The position numbers and the translations under genes were made by a program. The notes under the pieces were generated by a model, which saw only the letters and a program-made list of their open reading frames with translations, made no database searches and was not told where the DNA came from. Shown in pieces: positions 1-13,349 of a stretch of DNA of 37,924 bases; the first letter of the stretch is position 1; every line of letters begins with the position of its first letter. Origin of the DNA: Octopus bimaculoides (lineage: Eukaryota); NCBI RefSeq assembly GCF_001194135.2, contig NC_068997.1, positions 18,859,499 through 18,897,422 on the forward strand, read 5' to 3'.

Positions 1-419
1 TATATATATATATATATATATATATTTATACGCATACTTATGCATATACATGCATACATATACAACAAACAACGTGTGTGTTGTAGTGTGGCGCAATTTG
101 TATGGCGTGTGAAGAGTTACGTATTGCGTTCGCGCATCGGTGTTTGTGTTTTACCGCTGCTCTTATCAAATTGAAATACAGTTTGAAAGAAAAGAAATAG
201 AAAAAAAAACCCAGACAAATACATGAATGAAGAGAAGAAGAAGGGTGTGGACGATGTGTTTGAATAGAGAGTTATTGGTAGGAGATCGGGTATGGGAACG
301 GGTATGGTGATAGGGTCTGTGTTAGGATTAGGGCGGGGAGATCAAAGCATGGTGGTATGGTTTGTGACAGGTAGGGATTTAGGTGTTTTACGGATGAAAG
401 AAAAACGGGTGGACTGAAG

Positions 420-745
420 GATGGATGGATAGATGGATGGATGGATGGGTTGATGGGTGAATGGATGGATGGATGGATGGATTGATAGCCGGGTGGAAGG
501 AAGGGTAGTCGTGTAGATGGATGGACGGTGAATGAATGAATGGATGGATGGATGGATGGATGGATGGATGGATGGATGGATGGATGAATGGATAGTCGGG
601 TAGATGGATGGATAGTCGGGTGGATGGATGATCGGGTGGGTAGATGGTAAGGCGGTGGGATTGTCGGATGGATGGATGGATGGATGGATGGATGGATGGA
701 TGGATGGATGGATGGAAGAACGAATGGATGGATGGATGGCTAAAT
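420..745. repeat. Degenerate (GGAT)n tetranucleotide microsatellite
   Basis: Direct: long GGAT runs with GGGT/GAAT/GATA variants, ending shortly before the first N gap. It produces the artefactual P/S/I/H ORFs. Confidence 0.95.
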
Positions 746-1188
746 GGACGGTTGGATAGGTAGAAATATANNNNNNNNNNNNNNNNNNNNNNNNNNNNNN
801 NNNNNNNNNNNNNNNNNNNNNNNNNNNNNNNNNNNNNNNNNNNNNNNNNNNNNNNNNNNNNNNNNNNNNNNNNNNNNNNNNNNNNNNNNNNNNNNNNNNN
901 NNNNNNNNNNNNNNNNNNNNNNNNNNNNNNNNNNNNNNNNNNNNNNNNNNNNNNNNNNNNNNNNNNNNNNNNNNNNNNNNNNNNNNNNNNNNNNNNNNNN
1001 NNNNNNNNNNNNNNNNNNNNNNNNNNNNNNNNNNNNNNNNNNNNNNNNNNNNNNNNNNNNNNNNNNNNNNNNNNNNNNNNNNNNNNNNNNNNNNNNNNNN
1101 NNNNNNNNNNNNNNNNNNNNNNNNNNNNNNNNNNNNNNNNNNNNNNNNNNNNNNNNNNNNNNNNNNNNNNNNNNNNNNNNNNNNNNNN

Positions 1189-1216
1189 GGTAGAGAAGTA
1201 GAAGGAGGGGAAGGAC

Positions 1217-1269
<53 letters not shown>

Positions 1270-1305
1270 CAAGAAAGCAAGAAAGCAAGAAAGAAAGAAA
1301 GAAAA

Positions 1306-1341
<36 letters not shown>

Positions 1342-1409
1342 AGGAAAGGAAGGAAGGAAGGAAGGAAGGAAGGAAAGAAGGAAGGAAAGAAAGACAGAAA
1401 GAAAAAAGT

Positions 1410-1465
<56 letters not shown>

Positions 1466-1787
1466 AGGAAAGGAAGGAAGGAAGGAAGGAAGGAAGGAAG
1501 GAAGGAAGGAAGAAAGAATGAAAGAAAGAAAGACAGAAAGAAAGGAAGGAAGAAAGAAAGAAAGAAAGAAACAAACAAACAAACAAAGAAACAAAGAAAG
1601 AGAGAAAGGAAGAAAGAAAAAGAAAGAAAAAGAAAGAAAGAAACAAACAAACAAACAAACAAACAAACAAAGAAAGAAAGAAAGAAAAGAAGGAAGGAAG
1701 ACGGACCAGGAAAAAGAGAAAGAGAAAAGTAAAACAAAACAAAAAGCAAAAGGAAGAAAGGAGTTTACAAGAAAGAAAGAAAGAAAA

Positions 1788-1836
<49 letters not shown>

Positions 1837-1840
1837 AAGG
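1189..1840. repeat. Compound polypurine microsatellite (GAAA)n-(GGAA)n-(AAAC)n-(GATA)n
   Basis: Direct: successive tetranucleotide blocks. They produce the artefactual F/L/S and K/E/R ORFs. Confidence 0.95.
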
Positions 1841-2655
1841 AAGAAAGAACGAAACAATGCTAATGAACAGAAAAAAAAAGGGGTCGTAAAGAAATTCAGT
1901 AACCAGTAAGAATTGGCAAGTACTAAGTGATAGAGATCGTTAAACAGAAAGAGAGGTAGAGATTGGGGAAGGGAGAGAGTGAAAGAGATAGAAGGAGAGA
2001 GAGGAAGAAAGAAACAGAGAGAAACAAAGAGGGAGAGAACGAAAGAAAGAAAGAAAGAAAGAAAGAAATAAAGAATGAAAGAATGAAAGAAAGAGAAATC
2101 GAAAAAGAGAGAACGGTAAGGATAATATGTAGAACCTTCTGGATAACATGGTCTGTGTTTTCCCAAGACAACACACAAACATTCGCACTTACATTCCCAG
2201 ATAAACAAACGCACAAATACAGGTACACACACACACACAAACAAACATTGTCTCACACACACACACACACACACACATACACACATACTCGCGCGCGCAC
2301 AGTTCTATCAGCTTCAATTGGTGTTGAAATGCTGCAGTTAAACAGTTGATCACGCCTGCAACAACTGCACAATTAAGCGATGATAGTGTCTGTTCTTAAG
2401 TGGACATGACGGACGAAATGTGGTCAGCAAATATTGCAAGCCTGACCAGCTGTCCAAGTGACCACATTGGAAACAAGAAAGTGGATAATTATGAGAGATT
2501 TCCAGTTTTTCGCACTCAACTAACACTACATGACATCTTCGCGCCACAAAGATCATGTGATGTCCATCTAGCTCTCTTTTTCTGTCTGTCTGAACTCTGT
2601 CTATCTCTCTCTCTCAACGATGCCCACCACCATTACAAATCTCTCTTTACCTACT

Positions 2656-2723
<68 letters not shown>

Positions 2724-3962
2724 TCTCTCTCCCCCCTCTCTCTCTCTCTCTTCCTTCTCTCTCTTTCTTTCTTACTAATAACACCAAATCATAAATGCCG
2801 TTTCTGGTCAGTTAACAGGACAACCAACTGGGGATTTTCTAACAATTATCCATAAAACCGACAAACAAACCATACCAATATGGACTAGTAAACTAAAACA
2901 ACCAGTACCTCCCCCACGCACACCTCACTCAGCAGCACCACCAACCCCAACACCAACGCCAGCACAAGCCAACATGAAACCTTGTTCCTACGTATGCACT
3001 CAGCCCGCTAAAAACAACAGCTAAATTTTCTATCGATTCTCATTACATCTGTCTTAAGAAACGACACTTGGATAATATAGTCCCACGTTCTTTGCAGGTA
3101 GGGAAAATAAATTGGATGGTCAAGGCTGGAATGGCTTTGATCATAGGTCAGCCTACTTCGTGAAACCTGACCAGATGCTAAACAGCAGCAGCAGTAACAG
3201 TGCGACCCAACACCAACACCATCCCCATAGCCAGTACTGCTGTTACGGCTCCTCTGACCAGCACAATCTTTTAGATGTATCAACGCAGCGACGGATACCA
3301 CGTATTACTCTCCTTTCACCCACCTTGACCGTTATCCCTTTGACCAGCAGCCTTTCCCCCCATCCCTACCCCCACCCCGACTCTTGACCATCACCAACTT
3401 TGACCATTAATAGCTTCGGTAGAACGACTACTAATACGCTAATAAGTCTCACCTTTCTGCCACAACCCCGCAGCACCACCACCACCACCACCGATACGGC
3501 TTTCGTCCACCACTCCTCTTTTTCTCCTCTTTCTACCCTCACTCGCAAACGCCCACGCACACACACACACACACACACACATACACACACACGTACACAC
3601 GGATATACACAAATACACATACACAGGCATATATCGCCGGACACTTTAATGAACTTCGCAGCAAGACCATACGCGACATTATGACACGGTCAGCTCCACT
3701 GCTGTGGAATGAGAACGGAGATCTCAGATACGCACAAACACACACATATATATAGACAGGAGCGCGCCAACATGCGTTTACATATAAACAAATATATACA
3801 TACGCTGCGCATACAATACACGCACACGCATTTAAAGCAAGTGTGTGACTGAATGTACATTCATGTATATGTGTGTGTGCATATCGTTATGTTTATATAT
3901 GTGTATATATGTATATATATGCATGTGTCAATATGCATATATGTATGTATATGTGTATGTGA

Positions 3963-3994
<32 letters not shown>

Positions 3995-4204
3995 NNNNNN
4001 NNNNNNNNNNNNNNNNNNNNNNNNNNNNNNNNNNNNNNNNNNNNNNNNNNNNNNNNNNNNNNNNNNNNNNNNNNNNNNNNNNNNNNNNNNNNNNNNNNNN
4101 NNNNNNNNNNNNNNNNNNNNNNNNNNNNNNNNNNNNNNNNNNNNNNNNNNNNNNNNNNNNNNNNNNNNNNNNNNNNNNNNNNNNNNNNNNNNNNNNNNNN
4201 NNNN

Positions 4205-4259
<55 letters not shown>

Positions 4260-4285
4260 ATATATATATTCTTTTATTTTATATT

Positions 4286-4358
4286 TGTTTCAGTCATCTG
4301 ACTGCGACCATGCTGGAGCACACCCTTTAGTCGAACAAATCGATCCTAGGACTTCTTT
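4286..4358 (-). mobile_element. 3' fragment of SINE-like family B (same family as 5261-5480)
   Basis: TTGTTTCAGTCATCTGACTGCGACCATGCTGGAGCACACCCTTTAGTCGAACAAATCGATCCTAGGACTT aligns by eye with 5279-5350 in this window. Confidence 0.85.
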
Positions 4359-4384
4359 CAAAACTCTGACTCGGTGGTTGGGGA

Positions 4385-4569
4385 CATGTTAAATTATGTA
4401 AAACATTAATGAAAGAAACCTTTCTGCGTTTTTGCAATAAATACATCACAAACAAAAGTTTTCTATGGACCCGTAAAATATCGTTGTGGATCCCCAATTT
4501 ACTATTTTGCTTGTATGGACCCCCATATGGACTCTCCGAGATCATACAGATCCCGGTTGAGAACCATAG
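4385..4569 (-). mobile_element. Probable end of a non-autonomous hAT (Charlie-like) DNA transposon
   Basis: The minus strand begins CTATGGTTCTCAACCGGGATC, resembling the hAT/Charlie terminus CAGTGGTTCTCAACC, followed by several GGGTCC/GGATCC subterminal motifs. No partner end found. The family call is from recall. Confidence 0.45.
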
Positions 4570-5260
4570 ACCGAGACCTTGAGTCTGTATGTCTCTTGTG
4601 GTAAGCTTGAGCAAAGCCAGTCATGAACATTATCATTATATGATCCAACTGGGATTATACCAATAGTCTTGGTAATTAGAATATGACTGGATAAAATTGG
4701 GATCCCTATTGTAAAAACCACCGACGGAACTTTCTATGAATACGCATCAAAAAAGAACGTCACCTAAACTTGTAAAGTGTAAGACCAAACTATTGCAGTG
4801 ACTGGCGCTACGCTTTAACTGGTCAAACACTATATTCTCGATGGCTCAATACACTTAGCTGTAATTAAGTAAGAGATAATGGTACACGATGCGTTGTCAT
4901 TAGGAACAATCCTATGGTGCCATTGACGACTGATTCCTTGCTTTGCAGATCTAATCTGAGTTCAATTCTACACACAAGTAAAATACTAACCATACGAACC
5001 AATAAGGGAAGTGCACTCAACGTTTTGTCTCTCTTTATCTCCTCTCTCTTTATCACACACACACTCACATACACACACTCACACTCTATCTCACGTAGTC
5101 ACACTTATGCTCTTAATTTTTGCCTTTATTAATAATACTCTCTCACTCACTCCTACACATCTCTTCTACTTTCTGTTAATTTTTTCCTCTCTTTCTTCTC
5201 CGCATCCCTCTATCTTCCTTCTATTTGTTACTTACCTTTCAACCTCTCTTTATCTTTCTA

Positions 5261-5479
5261 ACTCTTTTACTCTTTTACTTGTTTCAGTCATTTGACTGCG
5301 GCCATGCTGGAGCACCGCCTTTATAGTCGAGCAAATCGACCCCAGGACTTATTCTTTGGAAGCCTAGTACTTATTCTATCGGTCTCTTTTTGTCGAACCG
5401 CTAACTTACGGGGACGTAAACACACCAGCATCGGTTGTCAAGCGATGTTGGGGGATGACAAACACAGACACACAAACAA

Positions 5480-5480
<1 letters not shown>
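5261..5480 (-). mobile_element. SINE-like element, family B (near complete copy)
   Basis: A second copy of its 3' part lies at 4286. The minus strand ends ...GGCGGTGCTCCAGCATGGCCGCAGTCAAATGACTGAAAC plus a (GTAAAAGA)2 tail. It shares ATAAGTAC...CTGGGGTCGAT...TCGACT with family A. Confidence 0.8.
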
Positions 5481-5510
<30 letters not shown>

Positions 5511-6384
5511 CATACATAAATATATATATATAAACATACATAAATGCANNNNNNNNNNNNNNNNNNNNNNNNNNNNNNNNNNNNNNNNNNNNNNNNNNNN
5601 NNNNNNNNNNNNNNNNNNNNNNNNNNNNNNNNNNNNNNNNNNNNNNNNNNNNNNNNNNNNNNNNNNNNNNNNNNNNNNNNNNNNNNNNNNNNNNNNNNNN
5701 NNNNNNNNNNNNNNNNNNNNNNNNNNNNNNNNNNNNNNNNNNNNNNNNNNNNNNNNNNNNNNNNNNNNNNNNNNNNNNNNNNNNNNNNNNNNNNNNNNNN
5801 NNNNNNNNNNNNNNNNNNNNNNNNNNNNNNNNNNNNNNNNNNNNNNNNNNNNNNNNNNNNNNNNNNNNNNNNNNNNNNNNNNNNNNNNNNNNNNNNNNNN
5901 NNNNNNNNNNNNNNNNNNNNNNNNNNNNNNNNNNNNNNNNNNNNNNNNNNNNNNNNNNNNNNNNNNNNNNNNNNNNNNNNNNNNNNNNNNNNNNNNNNNN
6001 NNNNNNNNNNNNNNNNNNNNNNNNNNNNNNNNNNNNNNNNNNNNNNNNNNNNNNNNNNNNNNNNNNNNNNNNNNNNNNNNNNNNNNNNNNNNNNNNNNNN
6101 NNNNNNNNNNNNNNNNNNNNNNNNNNNNNNNNNNNNNNNNNNNNNNNNNNNNNNNNNNNNNNNNNNNNNNNNNNNNNNNNNNNNNNNNNNNNNNNNNNNN
6201 NNNNNNNNNNNNNNNNNNNNNNNNNNNNNNNNNNNNNNNNNNNNNNNNNNNNNNNNNNNNNNNNNNNNNNNNNNNNNNNNNNNNNNNNNNNNNNNNNNNN
6301 NNNNNNNNNNNNNNNNNNNNNNNNNNNNNNNNNNNNNNNNNNNNNNNNNNNNNNNNNNNNNNNNNNNNNNNNNNNNNNNNNNNN

Positions 6385-6421
<37 letters not shown>

Positions 6422-6540
6422 CATAAATATATATATATAAACATACATAAATGCATATAGATGTATATACATATATAAACACACACACACATACACACTC
6501 ATGCATACACACAAACACACAAACACACATACACACACAT

Positions 6541-6583
<43 letters not shown>

Positions 6584-6668
6584 NNNNNNNNNNNNNNNNN
6601 NNNNNNNNNNNNNNNNNNNNNNNNNNNNNNNNNNNNNNNNNNNNNNNNNNNNNNNNNNNNNNNNNNNN

Positions 6669-6737
<69 letters not shown>

Positions 6738-7502
6738 CTACTATCGTACATTACTGTCTTGTAGTGTTTGGTTTCGATCCGCTCTCGGCGTGTTGTTGTT
6801 ACAAGTTGACGATGTTCGTCACTATTACTAACTTTACACAAGACTTTTCATAATTGTTACTTAATTCGATTAGGAGTTGTTATCACTGGCAGATAAAGAG
6901 GTGATTAATAGAAAACCATGGTTGCTGAGTTTCCATCTGCAATTCCCCTGCAATTCCCTTGCAATTAAGTCATTTCATTCGTCTGCAAATTTTCTAACCG
7001 GTTTTGTAATGCAGATGTCCTACAGCTATACTGCTTAATTTACCTTTCTTAAACACCCTATTGCTTTCCCGTTGCTCAGAAGTCCAATTGGTTATTGGTA
7101 GGAGGGAGACAGAGATGAGACACACGGAAGAGAAATAGAGAAGGGAAGAGATTGAGGGATAGAAGAAAAGATGGGAAGAAGACAAGGAAGGTGTTAGGAG
7201 AGACAGAGAGAGACAAAGAGAGACAGAGAGAGAAATTGAGGGAGTGAGAGAGAGAGATTGAGAGAGAGAGAGAAAAGGTGAGAAGAAAACGGGGATAGTG
7301 TTAGAGGAGAGAGAGATGGGGAGAGAGAAGATTGGTGGAGAGAGAAAAATTAGAAAGGTAGAGAGATTGCGATGAAAGAGAGATCGAGACAGAGAGAGCG
7401 TTGGAGTGAGAGGGATAAGGAGATAAGGAAGAAAGAGAATCAGGAAAATGAGAGAGAGACAGAGAGAGAGAGAGGTCATGACACGAGAAACGTAGGGAGA
7501 GA

Positions 7503-7745
7503 TTAGAAGAAGAAGAAGAAGAAGAAGAAGAAGAAGGAGGAGGAGGAGGAGGAGGAGGAGGAGGAGGAAGAGAAGAAGAAGAAGAAGAAGAAGAAGAAGA
7601 AGAAGAAGAAGAAGAAGGAGAAGAAGAAGAAGAAGAAGAAGAAGGCAGACTAGGGGAGGATGGGAATGGAAGGAGAGGAAGGAGGTGCGGAGGCGGAGGG
7701 GAGGAGGAGAAGGGGGAAAGAAGAAGAAGAAGAAGAAGAAGAAGG
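7503..7745. repeat. (GAA)n-(GGA)n-(GAA)n trinucleotide polypurine tract
   Basis: Direct; produces the poly-S/P/L ORFs on the minus strand. Confidence 0.95.
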
Positions 7746-7894
7746 ATAGAAAGAGAGAGGAGAATAGAATGTACTTGAGAGAGAGAGAGAAAGAGAGAGT
7801 AGCGGTGATAGAATATCGAAGAGAGATGGTAAGATTGAAAAGACAAGAGTGAGAACGTGAAAAACATATGAGTGTGTGACGAGAATTAGAGTGC

Positions 7895-7896
7895 GT

Positions 7897-7934
<38 letters not shown>

Positions 7935-8020
7935 GACAGAGAGAGAGGGACAGAGAGAGAGGGACAGAGAGAGAGGGACAGAGAGAGAGGGACAGAGAGA
8001 GAGGGACAGAGAGAGAGGAA
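7895..8020. repeat. (GA)n plus a 14-bp unit GAGGGACAGAGAGA, about 6 copies
   Basis: Direct reading of tandem units from 7931. Confidence 0.85.
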
Positions 8021-9076
8021 GTGAGAGTGAGAGAGACTGATTTCCGACTGAGAGAGGAAACAACAACAAAAAAGCAGAAAATAAGGTAAGGTAGATAGAG
8101 AAGGAGAGAAAAAGCGAGAGAATATTCTTTTTAATTGATATTTTTATAATTTAAAAAGAAAGAATATTAAATGATGGAAAGTTAGAAAGTGACAGGGTAG
8201 GAGAGAGAGGGGAGGTGGAGAAAGAGATAGGCAGACAGAGACAGGGACAGAGAGAGAGACAGACAGAGAGAGACAGACAGAGAGACAGACAGACAGAGAG
8301 AGACAGACAGACAGAGAGACAGACAGACAGAGAGAGACAGACAGAGAGAGAGACAGACATAGAGAGAGACAGACAGAGATAGAGAAAGGAGGGGAGGAGA
8401 GAGAGGGAGAAAGGGAGAGAGGATGAGAGAGAAGGAGAGAGAGAATAAGAAGGAATAAAGAATAAACTCGGATACAACGAGAGGTAGAGAAGAGTAAGCG
8501 CGATAGAGAAAGAAAAGAAAGAAAGCTGTAGATAAAGAAAAAAAGAAAGAAATACAGAGGAAAGAAAATGAGACAAATTGAAAGAAAGAGAAAGATGCAA
8601 ATCAAATAAAAAAAGGGGGGGATTAAGGGAAAGAAAGACTGAGTAAAGACAGACGACAGAAATAAAGGAAGAAGAACAGAAAAGAAACAAAAAAAAAACA
8701 AGAACTTGAGAGAGAAAATCACATATTAAGTGAATCGGTGTTTAAAATGAAAAATGAGATTATCGAGTCCAGTTTATTAAATTAATGAAAGAAAACTTGT
8801 TAAATGTTTCCAGTTTTGATAATAAATGCATCATTGTGTGTTCTTTTAAACGCTAAATAGGGGTTTCTTATTTTTTTCTTTTTTAGTGGGATTTCATTTT
8901 CTTTCTCATCGTTTTTTTTTTTCTTGTGAGCTTGCTTGTTTTAATTTTATTTATTTATTTATCTATTTATGTTGCTCTCTTTCTCGTTTTCTTGGCTCTG
9001 AGTAAACGTTTAACCATTAATAAACAATGCTCATTTTGCATGTTTATACGATAGTATTTTGCTACTGGGTGTGTGC

Positions 9077-9117
<41 letters not shown>

Positions 9118-9317
9118 CTGGAAATTGAAGGGATGTGAGTTCGAGTCTCATGGCTGGTTGCTGACAGATTTTTCTGCTCTGTAAGGATTTTATCCTATAT
9201 ATACTGTTCTATCAGTACTTACGCGTTGAAAAAATAACAGAAAAAGCAATAAGCAAGGAACCCCACCCCTATATCCGGTCACTCAATTTGCGTGAAATTT
9301 TCTTTCTAAGTAGGGTC

Positions 9318-9710
9318 CACTGTTTACGTCCGAGATATTGTTCCAATTGACGCATCTTCCTGGCGGGCATTGAAAACGTCTACCAAGTGTAAGTATTACA
9401 TTGGAATGACCGAGGACAAATTCAAAATCCGTTACTTTAATAATACTTCGTCGCCCGAAAAAAAACACTACGACTTTATTGAACTACATCTGGTATTTAA
9501 AAAACACATAACACTGATTTTAATATAAAATGGAATATAGTAAAGTCAAGCGGATGCTATATAAAATATACAAAACGTGCAATTTATGTAAATACGAACA
9601 AAATATCATTAATATGAAAAACATCAAAAACTCCGCGAATTACCTCACTGCCAATTCGAAGTTTTTCAAAGCGTGCAGCCGTTTTTCTATAATTTTGCTT
9701 AAATTCAGAA
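9318..9710 (+). pseudogene. Penelope-like element GIY-YIG endonuclease relic (frameshifted)
   Basis: Hand translation across frameshifts gives KYYIGMTEDKFKIRY (from 9391), TTTLLNYIWYLK, DFNIKWNIVK and CNLCKYEQNII. These occur in the order expected for the PLE C-terminus (YIG.TE..FK.RY, TELS.YIW.LK, IKW.I, CNLC..EK). Confidence 0.75.
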
Positions 9711-9953
9711 ATTTCACATTGTCAACAACTTTTGTTGGCATATATTAAACAAACACTTACATAGTCTTTACTTGTAGATTGTAGCTTTTATACGCTAGAA
9801 ATGTCCAACGGTACGATATTAAACTTCTGAGACCACTTAATTAAGTGAGTTTACTCCTATTGACATTTGAAGTGTTTCATCACATGAATTCAACTACACA
9901 TGCTAAAAATGAGTTCGTTTCCAAAAGACTTCTTTCGTCTAGCATAAACCTAC

Positions 9954-10090
9954 CTAACTGTCACTGCACGATATTCCCTACTGTTAGAATAATAAGGAGT
10001 CATGACCGTTGCACACACATGACGGACAAAGAGAGATCTATCGTTTATTTGGAATCGCCGATGACACTGTTGGGTAGACCTCATGTCATT
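9954..10090 (-). CDS. Candidate internal exon of an unidentified gene
   Basis: Acceptor TCTTGCTTTTCCAG and donor AG|GTAGGT. Only one frame is open ([45 protein letters not shown]). The codon-aligned antisense frame is also open. Confidence 0.25.
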
Positions 10091-10212
10091 CTGGAAAAGC
10101 AAGATACATACCATCCTTCGATAAGCATAATAAATGCAGCCCTTTCCTTGTACAGTATAAGCATGAAACAATGAAACTCTATATTACGATACACACACAC
10201 ACAGAAACACAA

Positions 10213-10309
<97 letters not shown>

Positions 10310-10513
10310 TATATAGATATATAAATACATATATATATGTATATGTATATATATATATGTATTTATGTACGTATGTATGTATATATGTATATATATGTAC
10401 ACATATACACTAAAATATATCTGTATTACGATATTTTCAGTGTAGTAAATTCTTTCACATTAAGTATGTGTATACTATATATATGTATATATATATATAT
10501 ATGTGTGTGTGTG

Positions 10514-10569
<56 letters not shown>

Positions 10570-11425
10570 TAGTATACTAACAGTATATATATATATATAT
10601 ATACACTATTAGAGTTAACAATAACAACATTGCCGACAATACGTATCTATAAATACAACAGAATGTACAGTATGTATATACACATATGTGTAACGGTACG
10701 TAAAAACACCACCACTACTATGGATGAGATCATTAACAACAATAACAATACCAAAAATACAATAAAACCCGAAATCTGAATATTGCTATTAAATGACTAA
10801 CAAATCTCCAATGTGTTAACAAAAGACTATTTATCTAATAAGCGTATATAAACACATATATGTNNNNNNNNNNNNNNNNNNNNNNNNNNNNNNNNNNNNN
10901 NNNNNNNNNNNNNNNNNNNNNNNNNNNNNNNNNNNNNNNNNNNNNNNNNNNNNNNNNNNNNNNNNNNNNNNNNNNNNNNNNNNNNNNNNNNNNNNNNNNN
11001 NNNNNNNNNNNNNNNNNNNNNNNNNNNNNNNNNNNNNNNNNNNNNNNNNNNNNNNNNNNNNNNNNNNNNNNNNNNNNNNNNNNNNNNNNNNNNNNNNNNN
11101 NNNNNNNNNNNNNNNNNNNNNNNNNNNNNNNNNNNNNNNNNNNNNNNNNNNNNNNNNNNNNNNNNNNNNNNNNNNNNNNNNNNNNNNNNNNNNNNNNNNN
11201 NNNNNNNNNNNNNNNNNNNNNNNNNNNNNNNNNNNNNNNNNNNNNNNNNNNNNNNNNNNNNNNNNNNNNNNNNNNNNNNNNNNNNNNNNNACATATATAT
11301 ATATACATTGTTTATACTTACATATATATACATGTATTTACTTACATACATATATGTGTTTATATATATATATATATGTATATTTATACATATATATAAA
11401 TGTGTGTATAGGTATGTACATATGA

Positions 11426-11471
<46 letters not shown>

Positions 11472-12799
11472 ATGTGTATATATATGTGTGCGTATGAGTA
11501 AACGTTGATGCCGATGGTGATTTCTGAGTAGTAGTGGTGGTGGTGGTGCTGCTACTGCTGGTGATGCTGGTGGTGCTGCTGCTGCTGGTGATGCTGGTGG
11601 TGCTGGTGGTGGTGCTGGTGAGTGGTGGTGAGTGGTGAGTGGTGAGTGGTGGTGAGTGGAAGGAGTTTATAGTCCTTTGCTTTTGAATTTCATTAGCAGC
11701 CCCATTCAACGAACACATAAAACAAGAAGTGGAGATCAATCTAGATTAAAGCAAATGAACAATATAGGTAAATGCTGCTAAAGAGACAATAGAAATGATC
11801 GGATATTAAGCTGCTATAAAGCATAGCTTTCATAACACAGTGAAAATTGATATAAAACACCCACATACATTAGCTGTACGTGTGCACACACATAACCGGC
11901 CACATACAGACGCACACGTACACATATGTAAATAGAAAGAGATAGAGAGATACATACCGCTAGATGCATACATACTTGCATACACCTATACATATTACAT
12001 ATACACATATTTCCACACACACACACATATATATATTTATATACGTGTGCATCTTTATATGTGTATATGTTTATATGTATGTATGAATTTATGTATATAA
12101 ACACATATGTTCTGTGTGTATACGTATGATGTATTCATCTACATACATCTATTTATAGGCTATGTATTTGATTACACTAAAGAGCCGGGTCAGCATATAT
12201 ACCTTCACTACATACATATCTGCACAAACATGTACATACATTCTCACATACACACATACTTGCATATACATACATACATACATACATACATACATACATA
12301 CATACATACGTGCATATATGTTACCTATATTAACGAATATGTACGTACGTGCGTAGTTAACTGCAGATTGGCATGTTTATATGTGAAGAACCGTAGCCAT
12401 AAATATTTAATGAATCAAAATTTTAATTATAAACCAAAGAAAGGTCATTAGCGTTAATACTCTTGTTATTTATTTATATTCTTCAATATAGAAACACAGG
12501 TTTCATCATCTGAGATTCCCGAGTTACTTGTGTGACAGTTAGGTACCAGATATGTTGCAGTAGGGTAGTATCATAATCGATGAGTAGATTTATCCGTCAT
12601 TCTCATAACGTGAAAAGTATTTTCGAAGAGTTTGGATGTTACCTATATTCTTTTACTCGTATATACATATATACATATGATTCAGTGAAGCTACCGTTAT
12701 ACATATAAAAACATTACATACGCAAAAGCACACACACACACACACATATCTACATGTATGTATGCGTGTGTATTTATATAGAAATATTTATATAGAAAT

Positions 12800-12832
<33 letters not shown>

Positions 12833-13062
12833 NNNNNNNNNNNNNNNNNNNNNNNNNNNNNNNNNNNNNNNNNNNNNNNNNNNNNNNNNNNNNNNNNNNN
12901 NNNNNNNNNNNNNNNNNNNNNNNNNNNNNNNNNNNNNNNNNNNNNNNNNNNNNNNNNNNNNNNNNNNNNNNNNNNNNNNNNNNNNNNNNNNNNNNNNNNN
13001 NNNNNNNNNNNNNNNNNNNNNNNNNNNNNNNNNNNNNNNNNNNNNNNNNNNNNNNNNNNNNN

Positions 13063-13242
13063 CTTAGCGGTATTTCGTCTGCGTTACGTTCTGAGTTCAA
13101 ATTCCGCCGAGGTCGATTTTGCCTTTCATCCTTTCGGGGTCGATAAATTAAGTACCAGTTACGCACTGGGGCCGATGTAATCGACTTAATCCCTTTGTCT
13201 GTCCTTGTTTGTCCCTTAGTCCCTTGTGGGCAATAAAGAAAT

Positions 13243-13243
<1 letters not shown>
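13063..13243 (+). mobile_element. tRNA-derived SINE, family A (5' end lost in the N gap)
   Basis: B-box-like GAGTTCAAATTCC, central GCCTTTCATCCTTTCGGGGTCGATAAATTAAGTACCAG, and an A-rich tail. Homologous copies lie at 21272 and 27193. The central block resembles the Meta/MESC SINE domain (recall). Confidence 0.85.
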
Positions 13244-13281
<38 letters not shown>

Positions 13282-13290
13282 GTAGGCAGG

Positions 13291-13349
<59 letters not shown>

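Noticed and set aside
342-1799. Long ORFs of 300-466 aa in the track, and similar ones at 5401-6841, 18828-19885, 23564-25021 and 36613-37698
   Set aside because: They consist of microsatellite translations and N-runs (X); they are not coding.
3003-3387. Protein-like plus-strand frames (KFSIDSHYICLKKRHLDNIVPRSLQ; RENKLDGQGWNGFDHRSAY...)
   Set aside because: The same CAG|GT could be a donor or an acceptor, the frames conflict, and no family is recognised.
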